Virus record (IMG/VR): IMGVR_UViG_3300032223_001943 | Location: 59,202 to 123,201 of that record | DNA from: a virus | Length of the DNA stretch: 64,000 nucleotides | Strand: one strand, 5' to 3' | Shown here: positions 33,433 through 44,227 of the stretch, one piece after another | How the letters are laid out: each line of letters opens with the position of its first letter | How positions within the stretch are numbered: position 1 is the first letter of the stretch | Position numbers and translations under genes: made by a program | The notes under the pieces: generated by a model | What the model saw: only the letters and a program-made list of their open reading frames with translations | Told to the model about the DNA's origin: nothing | The model's database searches: none

Positions 33433-33511
33433 CAGATTGACCCAAAGGCATGGGGTATAAAAAACTGTAACCATTTGTATGTTACACAATCTGAACAGGT
33501 TGCTTCCTGTT
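33433..33511 (+). ncRNA. Second three-way junction plus kissing 3' hairpin
   Basis: CAGATTG/CAATCTG, CCCA/TGGG, TGTAAC/GTTACA, AACAGG/CCTGTT; loops AGGCA and TGCTT pair. Confidence 0.55.
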
Positions 33512-33517
33512 ATTTAT

Positions 33518-33638
33518 GGTGAGATGGTGGAATTGGTAGACACTACAACGTGCGATGGCAGGTGGAAACCCTTGAGGTAAACCCATAGGAGAAGAGACAC
33601 ACATACTCTTCATGCAGGTTCAAATCCTGCTCTCACCA
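33518..33638 (+). ncRNA. Leu/Ser-type tRNA-like RNA with ~46-nt replacement of the anticodon arm
   Basis: GGTGAGA/TCTCACC acceptor, GTGGAATTGGTAGACAC D arm, GAAGAG/CTCTTC variable arm, GCAGG-TTCAAAT-CCTGC T arm. Confidence 0.7.
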
Positions 33639-33764
33639 CTAGAGAGAACCGTTAGTTTGAGGTTGTTTACAGCTGTATAAAAGGAAGCGGTAGCTTAAAG
33701 TTGAAGTTGACTGGGACATAGCGTTGTCTAAAACTTAAAACAGATTGACCCAAAGGCATGGGTC

Positions 33765-33837
33765 TACCTAGAAATGTAATTGGAAAGCATATTTCTTTTC
33801 TAAAGAAATCGTTTAGGTTCGAACCCTAATAAGGATA
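33765..33837 (+). tRNA. tRNA-Arg(TCT)-like, poorly paired acceptor stem (possible pseudogene)
   Basis: TTTCT-TTTCTAA-AGAAA anticodon arm and TTAGG-TTCGAAC-CCTAA T arm; acceptor TACCTAG/TAAGGAT pairs at only ~4 of 7 positions. Confidence 0.5.
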
Positions 33838-33900
33838 TATTTTTTTTATAGTTTTTGGTTCGATTAGTTAATTTCATAATATTTATTATAAAAAAATATT

Positions 33901-34503
33901 ATGAAATTTAGTGAAAAGTACAAAAAAGAAGAACTAGAAAATTTAATTATTAATCAAAAATTGTCTTACCGTGAAATTGGTAGGATATATGGTGTGAGTG
34001 ATACTTACATTAAAAAAGTGGCTAATAAATTAGGTATTATTTTAGATAAAAGAAAAATATTTAAAAATGTGGTTGTACCACATAATAAAGGTAATGGTAA
34101 AAAAATTAATTGTAAAAATTGTGGTGTTGAAATTTATCGACCTTGGGACAATCAAAAATATTGTTCAAACGAATGTCATAATGAACTAAAAGTAAGGGAA
34201 AAATACATTAATTATTTAAATTCACAAGAAGAATATAGTAATCTAAATACTGATATGCATTGGGTTAAAAAACATATATTAAATGAACAAGAAAACTCAT
34301 GTGAAATATGTGGTATAAAAAATGAGTGGAATGGTAAACCTTTAGTGTTTGTTTTAGACCATATAAGTGGTAAAGCACATGATAACACTAGAAATAATTT
34401 AAGATTAATTTGTCACAATTGTGATTCACAATTAGATACGTATAAATCTAAAAATAAAAATTCAGATAGAAAAGATAGATATTTAAAAAACTATAAAAAT
34501 TAA
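33901..34503 (+). CDS. HNH homing endonuclease with N-terminal HTH and Zn-binding motifs
   Basis: LSYREIGRIYGVS HTH, CKNC..YCSNEC, CEICG..LDHISG..NLRLICHNCD; located in the tRNA cluster. Confidence 0.85.
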   Translation: MKFSEKYKKEELENLIINQKLSYREIGRIYGVSDTYIKKVANKLGIILDKRKIFKNVVVPHNKGNGKKINCKNCGVEIYRPWDNQKYCSNECHNELKVREKYINYLNSQEEYSNLNTDMHWVKKHILNEQENSCEICGIKNEWNGKPLVFVLDHISGKAHDNTRNNLRLICHNCDSQLDTYKSKNKNSDRKDRYLKNYKN

Positions 34504-34780
34504 AATATACCATCCCTGGGTTTGAATCCATCTGGAATCACAAAAGTATTTACAATTTTTATTGTGATCCGCTTAACCTCTCCCATGAATAATGGTGACG
34601 GAGCGGTTCTCCCCCATAATGAATTCCAAACTGGGGATGTTGATAAACCTAATAAGATATCAACTTTTTTATAACAAATTATTATTCCCCTCGATTCCTG
34701 GTGGGGGATTTATCCCGACTTTAATATAAAACAAAAATGGGGGATTTATTCCCCCATTCCTATTATCTTTTATAAATAAT

Positions 34781-35179
34781 TTATTTCATATAAAAAGAAG
34801 AAACCTGGAGTCCCCTTCTACTAACATATTCCTTCTCACCCCAATTATACACAACAGAATAAAAATCCACAAGTTCTTCCGGAAGTTCCTTATATAATCT
34901 TGTCACCATTTCACGAATAGTGTCAACGTCCTCAGCACTAACTGACTTAAAATACATATGTAGATTATAGAAATCCTTAATAGATGGATATCGTTTCCCC
35001 AATATATTTCCATCAACCTCCAGATCAATAAAGATCACCGTGTCAATCTTCACAACACGATAACCAATAATATACGGATAACGCCTACGCAATGATCGAA
35101 CAATCAAACCAATACCAACAGTATTGATATCATCGTCATATCTATACACATCACCATCCACTTCTTTAACAACTTCCAT
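34781..35179 (-). CDS. Hypothetical protein
   Basis: ORF track; start moved to MEVVKE. Confidence 0.5.
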   Translation of the reverse strand: MEVVKEVDGDVYRYDDDINTVGIGLIVRSLRRRYPYIIGYRVVKIDTVIFIDLEVDGNILGKRYPSIKDFYNLHMYFKSVSAEDVDTIREMVTRLYKELPEELVDFYSVVYNWGEKEYVSRRGLQVSSFYMK

Positions 35180-35383
35180 AAATATTAAAACATAAAATAC
35201 CAGGAGGGAAATTATCCCCCGATTAGAAAATACATTGGGGGATATCCCCAACCAAGATCATAATAAAAAATCAATCCCCCAAAATCAATCCGAACCCCCT
35301 ACGGCCGTTAAGTGTCTCAAACAACAAACAATCAATTCCAGGATCTCCATCCCTTATTAATAAATATAACCATATTCAAAAAA

Positions 35384-35513
35384 GTTATCAACAATTAATG
35401 TGTTTATAATAAAGTTATTAACAATTGGTGTGTTTAATATATATGGGGTTTGTCATTATGTCATGTTGATAACTTTAATGTCAATTAGGTTATGAATATG
35501 AAATGTTCATAAC
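35384..35513. repeat. Cluster of GTTATnAACA boxes (block R), homologous to block L
   Basis: GTTATCAACA 35384, GTTATTAACA 35414, ATGTTGATAACTTTAATGT 35463-35481 identical to 31344-31362, TGTTCATAAC 35504. Confidence 0.8.
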
Positions 35514-36610
35514 TTTTACCCATTTTTCTTGATTTTGTCAAAATGTCATGTTCACGTTAAGATGGGGATAATCCCCCAGGTGTAATAACTGGTGTAATAA
35601 CAGTTATGATTCCCCCACCATAAATCATATATAATTCTCCATCTATATATTAAATCTTCTATATGTTTGTTATAGATTATTCTCCTACTTCCATATAAAT
35701 TATTTTAAGGTATGATGATTAACAATTTTACTATCGTTGAAGATTATTATATTCCCACATATTACCACCTCATGTGATTAACATCACCACAATGGGGTTT
35801 TTCATATTATTAATAGATTAATTTATATATATGATTTACCTTTTTTTTACCTTGAAGATATATATTAATAAAGGTGTCTTATGGTTGTATGTACTACACT
35901 AGGGATGATTTTTTTCTTATACAGAATATTCTTATAACCATATCTTGATTCTTTATAGTGATATGGGTAAAATCCTTGTTTTTGATATCAATAGAGGGGT
36001 TTATTTTACTATATACTATTCCCAGCAAATATTTATACCCACCCTTATTGAGGCCGTGGGAGTCCTTTAGGACGTTTTAATTGGATATAAAAATGTATTC
36101 CTTCAACGAATTCCTTATATGATTGTGGTAAATTGTGGGAGTTTACTCCACGAGTTGGGAATGAAATTCCACGAGTTGGGAATAAAAACAAATCACCTTA
36201 TATCATATATAATATTGATTATCCCCCCAAATTATTAGATCACCCCATTTATATTTGGAGTTTACTCCCCCTTATATATTGGGGTCACCATAAATAATTT
36301 ACCTTTATGATCTGTATTGAAAATGTTTGATTTAAGGGGGTTTCATATATCTGGATATATATTGTGTTCACCCACCACAAAAACATTCCTTAAATGATAT
36401 GAAAACGATTTATATGACAAATGGGGGGAAGACCATTAATGAACGAACGAACCCCCGCGATTTATCGCCAGTGAAGGGTGTCAACCCGAACGTATAAGGG
36501 GGGGTTTGAGTGAATGAAGGGGATTGCCATCATATGATAAATGGATAATTTTTGGTGGATCGTGTGGTTGAAATAAAAAACCCCCAGGATTTATTCGGTG
36601 GGGGATTAAT

Positions 36611-37153
36611 TTATGATAAAGGGGTGATCGATAGTATCTTTATTTTGGAATCGTCGATGATCACAATTTCGTTTTCCCACCATTGTGTGCTACGTTCCCA
36701 TAATGTTCTTTTCATATCTATATTATTTATTAATGTTTGTCCTTTTATTAAATAAACAATACCATCTTCATTTTTGAATGGTCTTAAATAATCTAACATA
36801 TCAAAAAATTCTGGGATTTCAATCTGGTTTGGGTTTGAGAACCAACTATGTCCCAAATTGTCTTTTCTTAAATCATTAATATTTTTTAATCTAACCAAAC
36901 GATATATTACCGGTTTGGAAGGTATATCACCCAACTCAATTGGATATGGTTTTGATAAAAAATATTTGAAATCTTCTATAGCACATTCAATAGCTTCCTC
37001 AATATTATCCGTATCGTCCCAACATCCACTTGAGTAATATTCATTTTCTAACCCCCATTTCGCGATAGCATATAAATCATTATCACTAAATGATGTTGTT
37101 GTATTGTTTAGTTCTTCCCTTAATATTCTTCTTATGGATTCTTGTAGGTTCAT
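36611..37153 (-). CDS. Putative R-S-E ADP-ribosyltransferase-fold protein with MNLQESIRRILREE leader
   Basis: VIYRLV...LGHSWF...WENEIVI. Confidence 0.45.
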   Translation of the reverse strand: MNLQESIRRILREELNNTTTSFSDNDLYAIAKWGLENEYYSSGCWDDTDNIEEAIECAIEDFKYFLSKPYPIELGDIPSKPVIYRLVRLKNINDLRKDNLGHSWFSNPNQIEIPEFFDMLDYLRPFKNEDGIVYLIKGQTLINNIDMKRTLWERSTQWWENEIVIIDDSKIKILSITPLS

Positions 37154-40100
37154 ATATTATAAATATAACATTAAATAAAAATCCCCCAAATTATCATTGG
37201 GGTTGAATAATATTTTTGGTTAAGATTAAACAATCATCTTCATCAAGTTTTGGTCTAACACCACCTGTAGGATAGACTGTTTCTAATGACTTAGAAACAT
37301 ATTTTACATAGTTTTCCATCTCAATCTCAACATCCCACCCATCCAAATCATTTTTAGGAACATCACGTTCAATCTCTTCGCAGTTATGTAGTGATAGTTT
37401 ATATTTAACTAAATCAAAATTTAATAACGGTCTTGTTGTCCCTAATATAACGGTGTTTAGAAATACGTAATAACCTTCTTCTTCTTTATATAAAATCCCA
37501 ATCATTATTTCTTTTTATTTTCTTCAAACCAAACATTGAAGTTTGCCGTTCTTATTTCTTTTTGAACTGTAACCAATGACCCACAAAGTTTATCATCATT
37601 ATGTGTTAAACCTTTAATAAGTAATTCTCTAACCTCATCTTCAGTATAACTTATTTTATTAGGTCTTTCAACAATAATAGTCATATCCGCATTATCCGCA
37701 AACCACTTCCCTGTTTTATCCTGTTCAATCTCAGTATCAATCAGATAATCCCAATTATCATTAACCAATTGTTTTAATTCAGGTGATAATTCCGTTGAAG
37801 ATATATTCCCCAAATTTTCTAAATTAGGTTCTTCCATAGTTTCTAAATAATCTTTAACCACCCTTTCAACAGTTGGATCATATTCATCCCCATCATCACA
37901 AATTTGTATGTTACCATATTCGTCTATATGAACCTCCTTAATATATTTTAGGAAATCAATTAATTGTCGTTCAAAATCTTTCATAATGTTCATCATTTCT
38001 ACAAATATAATAAAAATTATTTATCAAGATATTTCCAATGAGTCGGATTAGGATATTTTGACATACCTTCTTTCCATTTCACACTCCAAGTTCCTGAATC
38101 AAGAATCCACCCTTCACTAACCCAATCATCACATACCGGACCTCTAATACCGACAAGACCATAAGATAATTTAACCTTAACTTTTGGTGGTGGTAATTCT
38201 TTAGATATATCAATCCAACCTATACTTTCCATATTCTTTAATATTTTTTGATTTATCACTATGAAATTCTCTAATTATATTATAAATCTCATCATCTTTT
38301 GATACTAATGTTCTCATTGGATTCTCACTACTATATATTAACCTCAACTTCATCTTGATATTTAGGTATATTAAAGAAATCATAAGTTTCTTCTTTGTGT
38401 GTCATTTGAATCAATAACCCCCATCCTTGAAGTTTCCCATTTTTACGTTTTTTTGAGGGTATTGTTTTTCTCGCAATGTCTCGTCTTTCTAATAGAGTTA
38501 ATTCTGTTCTCATATTTAATTCTTTAAATCATCAATAATCTCACGAAACTTAATCATATAATCATAGTTCTCGTTTTCGTTATGAACATTCTTCATTCTA
38601 TCGTATATCCATTCTAAATGGGTAATATTCTCCTGGTTCTTTTTTAGTCTTTCGGCAAGTTCATTGAGAAGTTGTATTTGGTATTGGATTGTCATAATGG
38701 TTAAGGTAAGTATTTTACTATTAATGTGATTCCCAATGCACCTGAATATACAATTGACATTGCTAATAGTAAGGTCCACGCTTTCATATCTTCATCAAAT
38801 ATGGTATAATGTCCATATAATTTTTTAAACCTCATCAATCCGAAGATTGAATATAATATTGAAATTATTGTTAGTGTTATCATTTTTTTGAATTTTTAGT
38901 TAATTGTTCTTCTTTTATATCATATAAAAACGTTATGATTATTTTACGGATTATTCCCTTTTTCAGTACTAATCCAATAAGCATAAGGCGGTGTTAATGC
39001 GTCACTGGTTTTAATTGAAAATTTCCAGGGGATATCATCATTTCCATTACAATCTAATGTTGCTATGGATCCTTCTAATTCCACAATTTTTGCTGGTAGT
39101 GGTTCTGAATATACACTTTTTATATAGACTGTACTACCCACTACCACCTTTTTTAATTTATCTAAATAATTTTCCATTGTTTTTTTTCTATAAAGTTATA
39201 ACTAATTTCCAGATATGACAAATAATATTCACTTAAAAAATGTTTTAATCTGGTTCGTTCTATTTTCAATTAATTCATTGATTGTTGGAAGTAGTGGGTG
39301 ATTGGACTCATCAACCCATATCGTTTTGGATTCACCATCTTTAGTTAACACGGTTGTGGACATTATCATTGAATATATTTCCACCCTTTTTGCGTAGAGT
39401 TGGTTTAATTGTTTATCATTTAAGATTGTTTCCAGGATTAAATGATCATTTACATTGGGTTTGTTTATGTTTGACTTTTCGTTATTATCCATTTCCCCCG
39501 ATTTTTTTAATTTAACAACAATTTAATAATTTTATTATAAACTACCTCCCCACACAAATTTTATATCATCAATATTGTAGGTAATATTATAACCACGTTT
39601 AAGTATTTCAACCGCATCTAGTTTTGCGTCATTTTCGTTTGATACTACATCACCTAATATAATTTCCTTCCCATTTATAAACATACTGTGATTAGTTCCA
39701 AGAAAACTTCCGTTCCAATAAAATTTAATTTCCATGATTATTTAATCTTCAAAAGGATGATCACCATCCATCGTTATTTTAACCGTTGAACCTTCACTAT
39801 AAACTTTACCAATGTTATCCCACCCAATTCCGTCTGGTTCGGTTAATACAACAATCTTATCTTTTGGATATGTTTCTAATTTTCTAATTAATTCTTCTAC
39901 TGTCATCTATTTCTTTTTAAAAATTATACTTATCTGACCTACTCTTTAAAAACTTTGTGATTTTCCTTGAACAGAATAATCGTTCAAACCAATTAAGGTC
40001 CATAATAAACTTTTCAGCATCAATATATCTTTCCGTCAGTTGTTCCATTTTTTCTAATGAGAATTCAGCAATATTCTTAGTCTTATCCATATCTCTTATT

Positions 40101-41663
40101 GTTTCAACAAATATAATAAAAAAAGGGATAACTTTCATTATTCCCCAATATTAAATTTTCTTTCCGAAATCATTCCGAAATCATTCCAATATTAAATTTC
40201 TTCATCATAATTAAATGTTGTCCAATTATTAACATATTTTTCTTTATCCCACCCTTTTAGGTTCATAAAGATTGGTTCACCTTCATCAGTTCTAATAACA
40301 ATCCAATCGTGACCTTCGGCTTCAATAATACTACCTGTTAAGTCATATCTTCTACCTGCGAAACCATTACAGAAGAAGTCCTTAATTTCTTTTCCGATAT
40401 TATTCATAATTCTCGTTATAATATTTCTTCCACCATTGTTTTATTTAAGATCAAACATCCCTAGTTAATCGTTCGTTCATTATTTTTGTATAACAATCTA
40501 AAAAACCGGATTGATAGTCAACTTCTTTTTGTTGTTTTTCCATTTCTTTTGCTTGTTGAACTATTTCATCAAATCTTACTTTAGCTAATGTATTTTTACC
40601 AATTGATAGAATTTTATTATTGATCCAATTTTTTCGTTCCACTTCTGTTAGTTGTTCCACCAACCATTCTACTGTTGTCTGTTTCATTTTATTCGTATAA
40701 TTTTAGTTCAACAATAACTAATTTCAATTCATCCATATTATGAAAACGATGAATGTTTGGAATTTTATCAATCGTAATATCTTCATTGAAGAGGTTTATT
40801 GGTTTTTGACTTGTGCACCAACCGATGTTATCATCCCACCCCACGAATTCCTGGTAGTCGGTATTAAACTTATATACTAATGTTTTATATTTCATAATTT
40901 CCCTTATAAACTTTATATTCACCCAGTATTACATCCCAAATAATATAATCTGGGTGACCAACGCTTGCTCCAATCACCCGATCATAATCATCATAGTATG
41001 GCCGGAATGTTCGGTTGTTCCATTGGGGGAATAATATGGTTGTGATTAATAAAAAGTTATATATTAATATTAATTTTTTCATTCTTCCTTTTTTGTAAAT
41101 GGATTGTTAACAACCCCCGATATAACACCAACAAAATATCCGAATAATATCGATAAACTTCCGAACTTTTCATGGGTTATGAAAATGATAAATAATATTA
41201 ACATTAATAACAAGTGAACTTTAATATTCTTCATGATTTGGTTTAATTATGTGGTGATAAAACTAATGTTTTTGGTCGTTGAATAAATTCATCCCATTCT
41301 TCTTTTTCCATCATCGCTGCGTTATGATCCCATAACGTTGAGTATACTTCGTTTGAACGTTGAAGATATATACAATGTGGGTCCGCATCATCTAGTGGTG
41401 AATATGAATTTCCCTCCGGATCTCGCTGGATTATGACTTCCATATCGTCTGGAAGATTCTGGATTAATTCTTTTAGTTGTTTGACGTTCATGGTTATTCC
41501 CTCGTTTAATTATATTTCTCAATAATTTCAATGGCTTTTTTAAGTCCTTCAATTTCACCGTCATTGTATGTTTTGATAAAAACATTATTATTATTGAAAT
41601 CACCTTTTAAGTATGAAATTCGTTCCTGAATTTCAATTATTATTTCGGATTGGTTATTCATGA

Positions 41664-42038
41664 CTATTTGTTTTTAACGATTTCAATAAGTTTATCAATA
41701 CAAGCTGATTCAGCTTCTTCATTGGTTTTATAATCTTCATCACTATCTTTTAGATTTTCTTCAATACCATTTTCAATTAAAAAAGAATAAAGTTTTTCAT
41801 TAGATGAATAATATGGTACTGCCCAACCATCAAGCTGATGTTTATCTCTAAACCACTTGAAAACTTGCTGTTTCAATGGTGCTTTAGTAATATTTTTTAC
41901 ATCATTACTACTAGATGCTTGTGAATGTATTTGATAAAATTGTTTGTCTATATCATCATAGAATCCAAAACAAGGTTCATCAAATCCTAATTCCTTTAAA
42001 GCTAATGCTTGATTATAACCTACAAAATACTTTTCCAT
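41664..42038 (-). CDS. Paralogue family B hypothetical protein flanked by 17-bp direct repeats
   Basis: Paralogue of 26669-27088; CATGACTATTTGTTTTT at 41659-41675 and 42036-42052. Confidence 0.65.
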   Translation of the reverse strand: MEKYFVGYNQALALKELGFDEPCFGFYDDIDKQFYQIHSQASSSNDVKNITKAPLKQQVFKWFRDKHQLDGWAVPYYSSNEKLYSFLIENGIEENLKDSDEDYKTNEEAESACIDKLIEIVKNK

Positions 42039-42203
42039 GACTATTTGTTTTTTTCTTTAAATATAAGAAATTATTTTTGATATCATAACTTATTTAATTA
42101 TTTCTTTTATCACCCAAATTAAACCACAACCGGTGATTGTTGATAACACTATATTTATCGTGATTATTAATAGTTGTCGCATGATTTATTTTTTACCACC
42201 CAT

Positions 42204-42539
42204 TTAATTTATTAATACTTGATCCAGGAAATATCGGATTGTCTTGACCACCTTCTGTCTATCTTTATCCAATACATTTGGATTATATTCATTCAAGGCG
42301 ATAACATCATTTTCATTTAACATATTGAGAATCTTATGAACCATATCTTTTTTATTCATAAATGAATTAACGGTATACCATTCATCGTTAATACGAAATG
42401 ATATTGTTTGGGTTTTATGATTATCAAAAAAATTTTTAACCTCCGATTGATATCTTCTTTTAAGGAATGACAATATTCGTTGATCATATTGTTCAACTTC
42501 TTCTTTTAAGATTTTTCTTATCGATTCCTTTAGGTCCAT
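42204..42539 (-). CDS. Hypothetical protein with MDLKESIRKILKEE leader
   Basis: Start moved to the leader Met at 42539. Confidence 0.6.
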   Translation of the reverse strand: MDLKESIRKILKEEVEQYDQRILSFLKRRYQSEVKNFFDNHKTQTISFRINDEWYTVNSFMNKKDMVHKILNMLNENDVIALNEYNPNVLDKDRQKVVKTIRYFLDQVLIN

Positions 42540-42543
42540 ATTA

Positions 42544-43017
42544 TTAATTATTTGGGTTACAAGGTTCAAGTTGATTACTCGATTCAATTAATTCATCGAT
42601 TGAAAATCCATCCATACCCATTATCTTTTGGATTTCACCCATATAATTATCTTCAAACCATTCTTCGATATAATTCCTTAAGTAATTCCTTCTAACCGGT
42701 ATAAAACTTAAGATATGATTAATTAAGGATTTTGGAACCATAAGTATACCAGTAGTAAAACTTCGTTCATTTGTTGGTCTAACATCATCCCATACATCCT
42801 CATCAACATCAAAATATAACACAATATACACAATTTCTTCACCATCCTTACAAAATGTAAACTTATGTGTTGATTCGGAAATTTTCTTGTGGTACATTTC
42901 AATCCCCGAAAAAACAGTTTTAACCATTTTAAGGAGTGTTTGATTAACTTTTTCGTCGGGCTTAATATATTTAACTTCTTCCCTCAATATTTTTCTTATT
43001 GATTCTTTTAGATTCAT
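42544..43017 (-). CDS. Hypothetical protein with MNLKESIRKILREE leader
   Basis: Leader family; TATTTAT upstream. Confidence 0.6.
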   Translation of the reverse strand: MNLKESIRKILREEVKYIKPDEKVNQTLLKMVKTVFSGIEMYHKKISESTHKFTFCKDGEEIVYIVLYFDVDEDVWDDVRPTNERSFTTGILMVPKSLINHILSFIPVRRNYLRNYIEEWFEDNYMGEIQKIMGMDGFSIDELIESSNQLEPCNPNN

Positions 43018-44227
43018 ATTAATAAATATTATATTGTTGGAGTTTATTTCTTAAATATAATAAAAATCCCCCAGGATTTTATTCGTGAGGGGTTATTTTT
43101 CCTTATACAAGCTCGTTGATGAATAATACCAACTTCATTGTTTTTGGTCTAGCTTCGTGGTGTTCACGTTGGTAGTTCCAGGATTTACCAGCGGAATCCG
43201 TTAACTCCATTTTACCGTCTAGGAAATCACAAAATTGATTTAAGTTCCAGGTGGCAAGTTTAACTCCGTATTGATCCGTGATGATATATTCATCCATTGA
43301 TTTTTTCTTCGCTTTTAGACAATCACCCTCGTAGTTGATTAATCCTAATTCATTTCTTTTGTTCATGATTATAATAAATTTAATTTAACCGCGTCTTTTA
43401 ATAAATTGATGATGATGTTTAATAATTCATCCGTGATTTCAATTCCACCACCACGTTCCAATGCCGATTCAATGGATGTTTCATTCAATTTTGATAAATT
43501 TAATAAAAAATCTTCATTATCCCAATATTCGGTTTGTTCGGTTAGTTTATCCTGGATTTCAATGGATGCCATTGTGTATGTTCCAGTATTTCTTATTACT
43601 GAATATTCCAATAAATAACGATCATCTTCATATATTAAATCTTCGGTGTGTGTCGGATCTAAATCCATTTCAATAAATGTAAACCCATTTTGTTTGTTCA
43701 CTTGTACATCTTCCTTAACGTACCATACCCCGTTTATTTCTACTCTGTCCATTGCCATAATATTTATTTTTTACCAAATATACTAATTAATATTCATCTT
43801 CATCCAAAAATTCATCAAAATTTTCTTTTGATAATTCTTCATCCAGGTTTTTCATTTCATTCGTTAGTCGTTGAATGAATGTTTCATCACCATCATCACC
43901 GGATAACAAATAATCAATTCGTTTTGCGTATATCGCAGCTTTTCTCAATATTTCATAACCCTTCTTAAATTCATTGATGACTTCATCTGGGTATTGATAA
44001 TGATTAAGTTCTTCCGGATATTTTTCATAATGATCGTCATCCAACCAACGTTTCGATTCTTTTATTTCTCGTTCGGATTTTGGTTGACCACTTTTTGAAA
44101 TTTCATGTTTAACATATCCCGCGATATCGTTGATAACATATTCTCTATATTCAAATCTTCCTCCGCTCATGACTATTATGTTTTTTGTATACCCAAATAT
44201 AAGAATAAAAATTGATTGAATGATAAT

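Larger units (their letters stand above)
32630..33762 (+). repeat. 25-bp exact repeat AAACAGATTGACCCAAAGGCATGGG, three copies
   Basis: Copies at 32630-32654, 33430-33454 and 33738-33762. Confidence 0.95.

Noticed and set aside
33357-33440. Hammerhead ribozyme (CTGATGA followed by a stem)
   Set aside because: The required GAAA after stem II is absent (TAAAAAC), and CTGAT can pair in an upstream hairpin
32630-33762. CRISPR array from the 25-bp triple repeat
   Set aside because: Spacing of 800 and 308 bp, no regular spacers, no cas genes in the window
40161-40187. Short tandem repeat TTCCGAAATCA x2.4
   Set aside because: Single local slippage duplication with no other copies noticed
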